DNA from: Camelus dromedarius
Lineage: Eukaryota
DNA length: 64,000 bases
NCBI RefSeq assembly: GCF_036321535.1
Contig: NC_087447.1
Span: 45,198,001 to 45,262,000, forward strand
Direction of reading: 5' to 3'
How positions within the stretch are numbered: position 1 is the first letter of the stretch; each line of letters starts with the position of its first letter. Below are positions 1 to 10,365 of the stretch, piece by piece. The notes under the pieces are model-generated. The model saw only the letters and a program-made list of their open reading frames with translations. It ran no database searches and was not told the DNA's origin. The position numbers and the translations under genes were made by a program.

Positions 1-122
1 CCACACATCTTATTTTTTGAAAATTATATAAGGAAGCCCCAGTTGGTGCTATAAGCTTAACCAACAACTTGAGAAGGGGTCTTTGATCCAATATTGGCTC
101 ACCCCGCTTCAAATGGGAGTGG

Positions 123-277
123 AGGGGGCAGGGTATGGTTCAGTGGTAGAGTGCTCATGTAACATGCATGAGGTCCTGGGTTCAATTCCCAGTACCTCCA
201 TTTAAACAAACAAACAAACAAACAAACATAATTACTTCCCCTCCAAAAAATAAATAAATAAAAAATAAATTTTTTTT
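123..277 (+). mobile_element. tRNA-Ala-derived SINE (camelid Vic-1 type)
   Basis: tRNA-like head with A/B boxes (ggttcagtggtagag...gggttcaattccc), (AAAC)n/A-rich tail; TSD aatgggagtgg (112-122) / aatgagagtgg (278-288). Confidence 0.9.
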
Positions 278-413
278 AATGAGAGTGGCTATATAGACAT
301 AGGGACACATATAAACACCCTTAGGTATGTAGACACTCACTCAAATGAGCACATGGTTATTACACTTTCACACTCTGCTTCCTGCGTGCTGTGTGCCTGC
401 ACTCTTCCCTCAG

Positions 414-571
414 TTTCTGTGCCCTCAGAGGCCTCCAGGAAGTCACCAGACCCCCTGTGGCACAGCTCAATGGGAGAGGCTTCTCGTACAAGACGGTGCC
501 CGGGGCTGAGACTCGGCACCCAGTCCAGCCTCTGCCCTCGACTGGGTGGCCCCGCTGTGTGCGGATGGCAG
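414..571 (+). pseudogene. OLFM5P: Olfactomedin-5 pseudogene, penultimate exon (start of OLF domain)
   Basis: Acceptor cttccctcag|414 and donor GGCAG|gtgagc at 571/572. Reads FCALRGLQEVTRPPVAQLNGRGFSYK...GARG*DSAPSPASALDWVAPLCADGR, resembling OLFM4 SCGHGGVVNISKPSVVQLNWRGFSY..GAWGRD...LYWVAPLNTDGR. Frameshift at ~493-494, TGA at 507-509. Confidence 0.8.
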
Positions 572-914
572 GTGAGCCCAGGATGATTTCTCTTCTGCAA
601 CCAGGTTTATTCCAAATGTGCCCTCCCCTGCCCTAACAAGTTTCCTTGTGGCCCCTGATCAGCTTCCTCTCTCTATTTTAGGATTCCCCCCAGATAAACA
701 GCCTGGGCCCGACTGGTCACCTCCTAGTGTTCCTCTCATGGGTTAAGGATGGTCCAGACTGCCCTGAGCTACTGCCTGGAATCTCTAACCCGATCATAAT
801 CCAGAGCACTAGTACCCTTAGCCTGGTCTTATCTTAAAAACTAACTTCCATTCTTGGCCCTCAGACTCTTAACTTCTTCTCAGAAGTTTAGAGGATAAAC
901 CTGACCAAGTTTCA

Positions 915-1105
915 GACTTGGAGTCAAGTAGATCCGAGTTTGAGTATCAGTCCTGCCTGTTAAGCTCAGTGTCCTTGGAGAAATCGAATGAACATCTCAG
1001 ACCCATTCTTAGTTATCTGTAAAATGAGGCTGATTCAATATATGAAAACATCACATGAGATTACATAGAAATGTGTGGACAACATAGCAGGTGCTGATAA
1101 ATATT
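915..1105 (+). mobile_element. MIR SINE (degraded)
   Basis: MIR core-like ggagtcaagtagatccgagtttgag...atctgtaaaatgagg...atgagattac. Boundaries approximate. Confidence 0.6.
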
Positions 1106-1404
1106 GGTTCGATGAAAAAATTGCTAAATGGATCAATGAGTACACGGGTGAACCCTTCAATGAATTGGCAGCCTGGTCGGGGAGGTAGATACAACTCACA
1201 GACAGGGTGTTTAAAGTCAGTACATACAGGAATGTGATAAAGACCCAGCTGAGCAGGAAGGAGATCCCGGGCAGGAAGGATGACTCTAGTCACTGAAAAG
1301 CCACAGTGGAAGCTCATCTCAGGAAGATTATTGCCACTGATAACAATGCTCTCTAATTTCTATAGACATTTTGTAGCATATGAAACACATTTACATGTCG
1401 TTGC

Positions 1405-1745
1405 TTTCTTTTTTTTTTACTGGTAACTGTTTTATTATTAATTTGTTATTGAAGTACAATTGATTTACAACGCTATGTCAGTTTCAGTCAGTACAGCATA
1501 GTGATTCAGCTATACATACATACATATCTTCTTTTTCATATTCTTTTTCATTATAGGGTATTACAAGACATTGAATACAGTTCCTTGCGCCATACAGTAG
1601 GACCTTGTTATTTATCTCTTTTACATATAGCAGTTTGTATCTGCTAATCCTGACTCTCAATTTATCCTTCCCCCTCTTTTCCCATTTGGTGACCATAAGT
1701 TTGTTTTCTATGTTTTTGAGTCTGTTTCTGTTTAATAAATACATG
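1405..1745 (-). mobile_element. L1 3' end
   Basis: Poly-T followed by the reverse complement of the L1 3' UTR seen on + at 32250-32550 and 55000-55320. Confidence 0.8.
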
Positions 1746-2104
1746 GCATTGCTTTTTAAATCCTCTCAAAATTTGTGGGTAAGACATGACTTACTGGCCA
1801 ATGTTAAGCAAAGACAATACTTATAAGTCAGGAATAATTTAAAGAATTTTCCAAAGTGACCTCATGAATATAAATCTCCTTATATCACTGTCCTGCTACA
1901 GGACATCTGTGTTTCAAGGGCAGGTGGAAGGCGCTGGAGTCTAGACATAGAAGAGTGTCCATAAAGAAGAAAAAAAACCAGTAGCTCACTTGTTGATTGC
2001 TTATTCTGAAATGAATACTTTACACTAGTTGTTTTGCTTGCATTATCTTGGTCAGTCCTGCCCATCAAGGAGATAGATCCTTTTGTTATTCTTTTCACAG
2101 AATT

Positions 2105-2260
2105 TAGTTATGACCTTCAGCAAATTGTGTAACCTTTCTGAGACCCGGTCTCTTCATCTGTGGGAATAAACCTACCTTCCAGTGTTTTACTATAATTAAC
2201 CGACATAATGCGTGCCCGGTGCCCATTAGGCCTTGTTGCGGTTAGTGTTAACGTTATTAC
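2105..2260 (+). mobile_element. MIR SINE (degraded)
   Basis: tgaccttcagcaaattgtgtaacctttctgag...tcttcatctgtgggaataa resembles the MIR core. Confidence 0.55.
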
Positions 2261-2440
2261 TGTTGCTGTTTTTTGTTGTTGTTGCAATTACCTATTGTCA
2301 TAATATACTGTAAGTAAGAGAGAGATTACAGATCAATTCTGTTTGATTCCAAAGCCCTCAGTATTAATCAGAACACTAGCCTGCTCATTTTTAAATAGCT
2401 TTTGGTTACCCTGATGATGCTGGTGGGGGGCTTGGTCTAG

Positions 2441-3187
2441 GTACTTTGACTACCACCGGCCGCACAAGTCCTGTGATGACCTGGCGCTGCTGAAGAACTA
2501 CAAGGAGAGGAAGATGGCTATCGTGACAGCGGTGGCAGTGCTGTGGACGAGAACTTCATGTACTTGAACCGCTACGGCACAGGTGTCATGGCCAAGGCGG
2601 GCCTCTCCTCCAACACCCCAGTGCTGCAGCGCCCGCTGCCCGGTGCCGCCTACAACAACCGCTTCTCCTATGCTGGCGTGCCCTGGAAGGACTTGGACTT
2701 TGCTGGAGATGAGAAGGGGCTGTGAGTGCTCTACACCGCTGAGGAGACCAAGGGCAACCTGGTTGTGAGTCGTCTCAATGCCAGCACTCTCGAGGCGGAG
2801 AAAACCTGGCGCACCAGCCAATACAAGCCGGCCGTGTCAGGAGCCTTCATGGCCTGTGGGGCGCTCTATGCCTCACGCTCACTGAGCACCCGCCAAGAGG
2901 AGATCTTCCATGCTTTTGATACCACCACTGGGCAGGAGCACCATCTCAGCATCCTGCTGGGTAAGATGCTGGAAATGCTGCAGGGCACCCATTACTGCCC
3001 CTCAGATCACAAGTTCTATGTCTACAGTGGTGGCTACCTGGTTATTTATGACCTCAGCTTCCAGACACTGAAGCACAGCCTGACAAGACCACCAGCCAAA
3101 AGACCCTCTGGGGCTTGGGTACAACCAAAACCTGTCAAACCCCACAAATCTTCCAGGCCCCGAGACTGCAGGACACAGCATTGGTAG
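2441..3187 (+). pseudogene. OLFM5P: Olfactomedin-5 pseudogene, terminal exon (OLF domain)
   Basis: Acceptor ggtctag|2441 joins in phase with the donor at 571 (AG+G=Arg, then YFDYHR). [32 protein letters not shown]...QYKPAVSGAFMACGALYA parallels the OLFM4 OLF domain. 1-nt deletion at 2517-2518 and TGA at 2723-2725 replacing the Trp of GLW. Confidence 0.85.
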
Positions 3188-3850
3188 AAGTGTGTCCTCC
3201 TTCTCCTCCAGATGGGCCACTCCCCAGAATGGCCATCAGCCCTCATGATTGGGAGACATTGATTATGTCCAGTTAGTTCTTCATAATTAATATCAAGGGA
3301 CCCACACACAGCGCCACAGAGAAACATACATCCCACATAAACAATCTGTTCTTTTATTTATTTTTTTTTAATAGTTCCATCCTGAGAACTTTGTCCCCAG
3401 TTTCCTGGAAAATTGTCTTATTTTATTTTGTTATGGAGACGTGGACTCCCAAAGTACACCTCCTTCCCCAGCTAGTTCAGGCAGAGACTGTGAAGCTTGA
3501 GTTGACATCACAATATCCCTTTTCTGAAGAGGGTATGCTTTTGGTGGGTGGGGCAGGGGAGGGGAGACCCTGGGATGGGCCATCACCACTTAGCCTACCT
3601 TATATCAAGTATGAATCAGTAGCCACGCCAGGCCTCAGCTGGGCCACATCTGGAGAACTGGGGTGGGGGTACAACATCGTAAAATACCTGGCCTCAGTCT
3701 GGTCACTCATCCCTTTCGGGGCAACAAGGAAACCAGCCTGTGGACCAAGAACACAACACCAGAGACGGAGGCCAGCAGAAGTATTTGTCTGCCCTCACCC
3801 CTCTGCCCCTGCTCCTGCTTCCACCTGCTCCCCATCTGCCACGAAGGTCC

Positions 3851-5695
3851 ATGCCGCACATCATCTCTCGAACACCCAGGATGGCCCAGAGCGGGCGTCC
3901 TTCATGTCTGCCTGCAGGCAAGAACACCGCTTCGAGTGTCACTCGAGTGATAGTGAAGACACCAGGCAAGCAGGAAGACTTTATGATAGCTGATGACACC
4001 TCGGTGAGGCAGTTCAAGGAGAAGCTATCGGCTCACTTTAAATGCCAAGTGGACCAACTCGTGCTGGTCTTCATGGGCCGCCTTCTCAAAGACCATGACA
4101 CACTGAGCCAGAGGGGCATCCTGGATGGCCACACCATCCACTTGGTCATCAAGTCCAAACACAGCTCCAGATCCCTAGCCCATTCCTCCCGGAAACCGTC
4201 GACCGATGAGCCCTGCCACCAGGACAAAAACACCAAAGGAAACAGCAGTGGGGTACACCAACCTGCCGGTGCGAATCACAGTCCAGTGGAATCAGCTGTA
4301 TCCGCAGAGCCTGGCGTGCCCAGGGTGCATACCCAGGGCCTGGAAGTGCTCAGTCTGGAGCGCATAGCACAGATACTGGAGAATCCTGGCATCCAGCAGC
4401 TTCTGTCTAACACAGACTTCATGAGACGGTTGATCTCAGAACACCCAGACATGCAACAGTTGATGCAGCAGAACCCAGAGGTCTCACACATCTTTGACGA
4501 TTCTGATGTCCTATGGCAGACTCTGGAGCTGGCCAGGAATCTTGCCGTGATTCAGGAGATATTGCAGATCCAGCAACCTGCACAGAATCTCGAACATCCA
4601 TCGGACCCACAGTCACATGTGGGCTCAGAGACCACCCGAGGTGAAGACAAGGCCCTGAGTCAGAACTCCGCTGATTTCAATGACCAAATGCTCAGTAGCT
4701 CACATGATCCATTTGGGGGCAACCTTTTCACAGCTCTCCTGGGAGGACAAGTGCCAGAGCCGGTCCAGTCCTCACCCACATCTCCACCACCACCGCAGGA
4801 GTGGCAGGAACAGCTCCCACAGCTCCCTACAGCCCAAGTCATCTACGCCAGCTCTCGTGATTTATCTTCAACCGCCTCAGCCAGTGCTACCCCCAGCAAG
4901 GCAAACCAGACTTCCAGGGCCAATACTGCCGCCAGCTCCACCTACGGCTGGAGTCATACTTGTGACATTGAGCAGCTAACTGGGGCACCAGCCATACCCA
5001 GCATAGAGCTCACCCAGCAGCCCCAGGCAGAAGACAAAGATGCCACCACCTCTCTAGATAGCTCTGATCAGAAATTAGAGGATGACCTCCGGCTGCTGGA
5101 TGAGCAGACTGGCTCCCAGATCGCCGGAAGCATGACGCAGGTGCTGTTGAACAACCCCTCCCTGGCCGCCCAGATGATGCTGTGCATGAGTATGCCCCAG
5201 CTGAGTGAGCAGTGGAGGCAGCAGCTGCCCGCCCTTCCACAGCAGACACAGCTTTCTGATATGCTTACAGCCCTAGCCAACCCTAAAACGTCACAAGCGA
5301 TCCTGCAGATCGAGCAGGGCCTGCAGCTGTTGGCCACCGAGGCTCCCGTTCTTCTACCTTGGGTTGCTCCCTACCTATGGGGCCTGGGCTGGCTTCCTGC
5401 ACCCAGCTGCAGCTACCCTGACACAGTGCCCGGGGCCTGGGATGTGCCAGATATGGAGGAGCCTAAAGGGCCCGAGTCCTGCCACAAGTCTGGAACGGTC
5501 CTGCAGAGTCTACAATCCCGAGCTGGAGACCCTTCCCACCTCCTGCAAGCCCCTGAGATTCGTTTCAGCAAGCAGATGGAATCTCTGCATGCCATGGGGT
5601 TCGGGAATCACCAAGCCAACTTGCAGGCCCTCATTGCCACCGAGGGAGACACCAGTGCAGCCGTCCATAAGCTCAGGAGATCTCAGGGATCCTAA
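3851..5695 (+). CDS. UBQLNL: Ubiquilin-like protein (UBL, STI1-like region, UBA), 614 aa
   Basis: First true ATG at 3851 (the track's 3740 start is GTG). [15 protein letters not shown]...[13 protein letters not shown] matches UBQLNL as I recall it; [19 protein letters not shown]; C-terminal [23 protein letters not shown] stronger-Kozak ATG lies at 3881. Confidence 0.92.
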   Translation: MPHIISRTPRMAQSGRPSCLPAGKNTASSVTRVIVKTPGKQEDFMIADDTSVRQFKEKLSAHFKCQVDQLVLVFMGRLLKDHDTLSQRGILDGHTIHLVIKSKHSSRSLAHSSRKPSTDEPCHQDKNTKGNSSGVHQPAGANHSPVESAVSAEPGVPRVHTQGLEVLSLERIAQILENPGIQQLLSNTDFMRRLISEHPDMQQLMQQNPEVSHIFDDSDVLWQTLELARNLAVIQEILQIQQPAQNLEHPSDPQSHVGSETTRGEDKALSQNSADFNDQMLSSSHDPFGGNLFTALLGGQVPEPVQSSPTSPPPPQEWQEQLPQLPTAQVIYASSRDLSSTASASATPSKANQTSRANTAASSTYGWSHTCDIEQLTGAPAIPSIELTQQPQAEDKDATTSLDSSDQKLEDDLRLLDEQTGSQIAGSMTQVLLNNPSLAAQMMLCMSMPQLSEQWRQQLPALPQQTQLSDMLTALANPKTSQAILQIEQGLQLLATEAPVLLPWVAPYLWGLGWLPAPSCSYPDTVPGAWDVPDMEEPKGPESCHKSGTVLQSLQSRAGDPSHLLQAPEIRFSKQMESLHAMGFGNHQANLQALIATEGDTSAAVHKLRRSQGS

Positions 5696-5867
5696 CCACT
5701 GTGCCCACCCGTTTGCTGGTTACCTGAATGCTGACCCATTTGACTTCCTCATCTCTGCCTTTTCTGTCTCTTCTGATGCTTCCAGCTAGGAGAAGTCCTG
5801 GAATAGGAGAAACCAAACAATGCTTTCTCTGCTGAAAAGACCACTGGCCATGGCTGAAAGATCTGTC

Positions 5868-5873
5868 AATAAA
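5868..5873 (+). terminator. Probable UBQLNL poly(A) signal
   Basis: AATAAA ~170 nt after the stop codon. Confidence 0.6.
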
Positions 5874-5974
5874 ATGGCTACATCAACTTACCTCCATCTG
5901 AGGTTTGGCTTACTTTTTTGCAAAAAAGGCAACTGTCTATGTGCGATAGACACCTACATCACCTGCCTCACCTA

Positions 5975-6300
5975 TCATGCAGGCATACATACACATACAT
6001 GTTCATACATGCATGCCGTACATAGTACATGCATGAACACACACATAGCACATGCATGTATTCACAGAGAGATAGAGAATCATATCTGCACACATGGAAA
6101 CACATGCACAGATATCATATGCTCACATACCCAAGAACACATGTATATAGCCTTGGACCGGTGTTCACATGTGGCTCACACAGCCAAAGATTCAAGTATA
6201 TAGGCACATAAAGTCAACACACCATACACACAGCCACGTACACACAGCCATGTACACACACGGCTGCACACAAATACGTAGAGACCCATAAACAGACCCA
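5975..6300. repeat. Degenerate purine/pyrimidine-alternating (CA/TA/TG) low-complexity tract
   Basis: catacatacacatacatgttcatacatgcatg...cacacagccatgtacacacacgg. Confidence 0.75.
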
Positions 6301-6879
6301 CGTGTAGAGGAAGATAGTCAAAACGTACCCATGAGACACTGCTACAGAGATAGACTCAGATATTTAGTCATAAAGATTTCCTTGATTTCTCAAGTCCAGA
6401 TTGTTCAGGTTTGAGTGTGGAAGAATGAGCTGGTAGGCCAGAGTAGGAGGGATCCACATTCAGCCAGGTCTTGACAAGTATTTAACCACCAAGAGTCTCT
6501 TTATGAATTGTCGCTGTCACGATCACAGGGCCCTGCGGGACTGCTGCTGTTCTGTCCAGCAGAGAAGGACGGAGCTGCTGCCACTCTCACTGCACAGCCC
6601 AGCCACGGCCACCCCGGGCCCCCACAGGGCACGGCGCCTTTCAAGAAGATCACATCCTTCCACACATCTGATGTTTGCAGCTTTGTTCTCTATAGTTAAC
6701 CAAGGTCCTGTCACGCTACCTCCTGCCTCACCAAAAGTATCTCAGCCGATTGGCAGGTAAACAATTTTGATTCAATGATTCAATGATTACTTAATAAGCT
6801 CTTGCCATAATAAGTCAAATATTGTGTTAGGCTTTAAAAAATAGCAGTGACAAAACAAATATCCTTTATTTGTGGAGTT

Positions 6880-7480
6880 TATTCTCTTTCTTTTGTGGGA
6901 ATACATCCAACTTAATGTATAGCTATGTGATAGGTTACGTGATGATAAGTGCTACAAAGACCAGTGAAGCAGGATAGACGATTCTAAGCAGGGAGTCATC
7001 AGGGAAGGCCTCTCTGAAAGGTGACAGCTGAGCAGAAGAGCTGCACATGCAATTCCCTGGGAGAAGTATGTTCCAGGCAGAGCAGGCTGCATGAGAGCAA
7101 AAGCCATGCGGTAAGAGTAGTCTTGTGTTTGAAGAATAACAAGGGGGCAGTGCAGCTGGAGTGGGATGAATCAAAAGACAGAGGGAAAAGGAGGATTATC
7201 AGAAATCATGAAGAGCTTTGTAGGTCTGGTGAGGACTTTGGATTTTATTATGAATGCAACAGAAAAATCACGGCTGGATTTTAGGCGAAGGGATGGAGTG
7301 ATTCAATATATCAGTCTGGCTGCTGAGTGGGGAATAGACTGTGGTAGAAGGAAAAACTGGAATCAGGAAAACTAGTTAGAGCGGGTGGGAGGTGGCGGTG
7401 TCTGGGACTAGGGCAGGAGCAGCGGAGGTGAGGAAAAGCATTCAGATTCTGGACTGCAAAGAGAGCCCGCAGACATCCAT
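6880..7480 (-). mobile_element. L2 LINE fragment
   Basis: Typical antisense L2 text (agggaaggcctctctgaaaggtgacagctgagcagaagagc...gactttggattttatt). Boundaries approximate. Confidence 0.6.
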
Positions 7481-8419
7481 GTGGTCCTGACAAGCCACCC
7501 ATCCTCCAGCCCTGACATGAACATCGGCAAGACTGGAGGAGGCCCTGAGCTCCAAGTGCTTCAAGTAAACCTACTGCCAAAGACCCCTCACTCCGCTACC
7601 ACCACCCACCAAAACAGTACAGCTCCAGAAAGAAAATTATAGCTAAGAACAGAGTTTTCACCACCCGCCTCCATTAAGATGTCTCTCTGAATCTGATTAA
7701 GCCTTATATCCTCAGTTTATATAAAAAGCCCAAATTCTTCGGATCATCATCCTGATTCTCCCTAGGTGCTCTGAAAATCCCTCATCCGACTCATCAGTTC
7801 TCCAAACCATTGCGCCCCACCATGTAGAGCTCAGTTTGGCAACAGTGAAACAAGCCCTTGTATCGGCAACCTTTCCCCTAAACGTCCCCTCGCCTTCCTG
7901 CTGTGACTGAAATGCGGCTGTCTGCCGAGGATGCCGCTTCTCCAGCAGTGCTGCCTGCTTCTTTCGTTCCCTGTGGACTCAGAAGTGTGTGTTGGGGGGG
8001 GTCCTCCTGGGGCCTTCTATTGCTTCCTAACCGCAGTTTCCTAGCTTCAGTACTGCTCTGTCACAATTATTCTGGCGTAATATCCTCCTAGCAGACTCGC
8101 CATGGTTCTCTCCGACTCTGCCTCTTCTCTGTGGAGGCAGAGGAAAGCAGACAACTGTGTTGACTAGTCTTATTTAACTTTATTACCAAAGCCTTCATTG
8201 TTCTGTTTGTGTTTCTTACTGCATTTTCCTATGCTAACTTTTTTCACCAAAAACCTGTGTTGAAACGCAGGTTTTTGAGCTTCATTCCAAAGGTTTCTGA
8301 TTCTGCAGGTCTAGGGTAGGGCCCCTAAAATGTGCATTTCTACCAATTTCCAGGTGATCCTGATGCTGTCCGTCTAGAGACCACGCTTGGAGATCCAAGG
8401 CCCTGGTCAATTCACTACC

Positions 8420-9400
8420 TTACATTTTTGAGATGATCATTGCATGTCTTCTCTGCTCTTCTCAAACCCTCAACATCCTTTTATCTATTCTGTCTCAGGT
8501 GATATTTTGCTTATTCCAACAAGATGGCAAAAAAGTGACTTTCACCCATGTCTGCCACTAAATCAACCACCTAACTTGCCTCTGTACCCATATACTCGGC
8601 CCCGCCTCCTGCTATAATGAACACACTGACCATGCTCCCAAATCAAGCTCTTCACTTGGGCACTTGATTCCAGTCCTTCTATCTTCTCAGCAGCTACTCT
8701 TGCCACTGTTTTGTGTTTTTCTCACATCACTGTGTTCTTCCTCCCTGGATTGTTCCCATCCGAATAAAACCACGTTGTAATGGTCTCATCTTAAGGAAAA
8801 CAAAACAAAAACCCTTTATTCCGTATTTCCACACAGCCATCACTAACATTTCCAATACTCTTATTGGATCCACTTCCTTTCCAACCCATTTACTTTTAAA
8901 CCCACTCCAGTCAGGTTTTCTGCCCTCACCACCCATCCAGCCTCAGTCTCATCGTGCTCTCCAGTCTAACTGGTCTCTCTCGTTCAAATCCAGTGGCCAA
9001 TTCTCAGTGTTCATTTTACTGACCTACCAGCACAATTTGCCACAGTTGGTTACTCTCTCCCCTTCTGAAATTCTTCTCCTTCTTCATTTGGATTCTTTCC
9101 CTCTCATTTATCTTCCTGACAATGTTTTACTTGCTCTCAACTTCCTTTGCTGAATTCATCTGATGAACCTTCCAGACTTCTAAATATTGTACTGCCTATG
9201 GCTCAGTCTTCGTACCCCTATCCTTTCACTGTACTCACTAATCTCACGATTCTAAATACTCTATCAATGCTGATGAAGTCTAGACTGACAATACTGGACT
9301 TCCTACATTTCCATTTGGATATGAAATAGACATCTCAAATATATGTAAAACTGAACTCTTAATTTTATGTTTAACAACATTATTCCCCGGTGATTTTTAC
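8420..9400 (+). mobile_element. L2 LINE, RT-region remnant
   Basis: Translation LNPLQSGFLPS...SGQFSVFILLT resembles L2 RT (LDPLQSGFRP..LILLDLSAAFD). Boundaries approximate. Confidence 0.65.
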
Positions 9401-9704
9401 CTCAATAAATAGCCAATTCATTCTTTGGCATTTTCTGGGGAATAACAACAATGAAAATAAAAAGTAAAAGAAAAAGTTTATTCTATCCTTAACCTCTCTC
9501 TCATATCCTGGATCCCACCCATCAGAAAATCAAGACGTTGAAATAGATATAAAGAATTCATGGCTGATGTTGAGTCAGAGAGAAGATAGAGGCATAAGAT
9601 GCCAGGAAGACGAAGCTCAACTGAAGAGCAGCTGAGTTTGGGTCTTGATGGGGACACAAGGGATGAAGGACCCTTTCCTAGTTGTCCAGTCCCAATGTGA
9701 GTCT

Positions 9705-9735
9705 CCACATACCACATACCACATACCACATACCA
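9705..9735. repeat. (CCACATA)4 heptamer repeat upstream of UBQLN3
   Basis: Four perfect units at 9705-9732 plus cca. Confidence 0.9.
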
Positions 9736-9909
9736 GGTTGTGTGAAAGCAGAACTCTCGGCTTGAGAAGGAATAGTCAGCCCAGACTCCTCACTATGAAG
9801 AAGGCAATTGAGATAAAGGAAGGAGAAGAGTTGCAGGGTCGGGGGAGATGAAGTCAGCAGGGATCCAGAGCACCTTGGAGAAGTCTCAGGAATCCATTGT
9901 GTGAGGCTG

Positions 9910-10051
9910 TGATGTCAATGCTGAGGTCACAGGGGTGACCTGAAGGAGTGGGTTCTGGCTTAGAAGGCTTCAGGGGTGGCTGTTCAGCAAGATGAGGGCG
10001 GTTTGGAGCCCTGTATAAGAGGAAGGACGGGGCCACAGCTGACTGGTATGT
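9910..10051 (+). promoter_or_regulatory. Putative UBQLN3 promoter and non-coding exon 1
   Basis: TGATGTCA 9910-9917, AGGTCA-n6-TGACCT 9924-9941, TATAAGA 10014-10020, donor CTG|GTATGT at 10045/10046, matching acceptor ccccacag| at 10342 just before the ATG. Confidence 0.55.
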
Positions 10052-10365
10052 ATTCCCCAAACTGGGTCCTATTTGCTGCCCTTGCCCCTTCACTCATCAA
10101 CTATAGACCTCTTTCCCAGGGCCTCAGGCCTCCCTCCCCTGGCCCTCAAACTCTCTCAAACCCAAAGTCCTCCCAAAGCATCCTATCCCAGGGACCTCAT
10201 AGCCCCTTCCATGTGGACCCTCCAGTTCCCCCACCCTGAGGCCCCAGATCCTCTTCCTGTCCACCTTTCTTACTTTCACCACTGCCCAAAAGGATGATCG
10301 AGGTCTCTCATTCCCACCCCACCCCCAGCTGTGTCCCCACAGACTTGGACCTCCTGCTGCCCACC

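Noticed and set aside
2723-2725. In-frame TGA as selenocysteine or readthrough in OLFM5
   Set aside because: It replaces a conserved Trp (TGG>TGA), and the gene also has two frameshifts and another stop.
3740-3850. N-terminal extensions given by the ORF track (also 10294-10365 and 26624-26701)
   Set aside because: The 3740 and 26701 starts are GTG; the UBQLN3 and OR52D1 extensions cross apparent splice acceptors (10342, 26673).
3391-3993. 200-aa ORF overlapping the UBQLNL 5' region
   Set aside because: Starts at TTG, has no recognisable domain, and overlaps the real CDS out of frame.
5820-6211. His/Thr/Cys-rich ORFs (also 47001-47600)
   Set aside because: They are translations of CA/TG low-complexity tracts.
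6500-6760. GC/CpG-rich patch between UBQLNL and UBQLN3
   Set aside because: No recognisable coding similarity or consistent exon boundaries; left unannotated.
7570-8230. Possible ancient LTR with internal leader
   Set aside because: Termini, TSD and family could not be established by eye.
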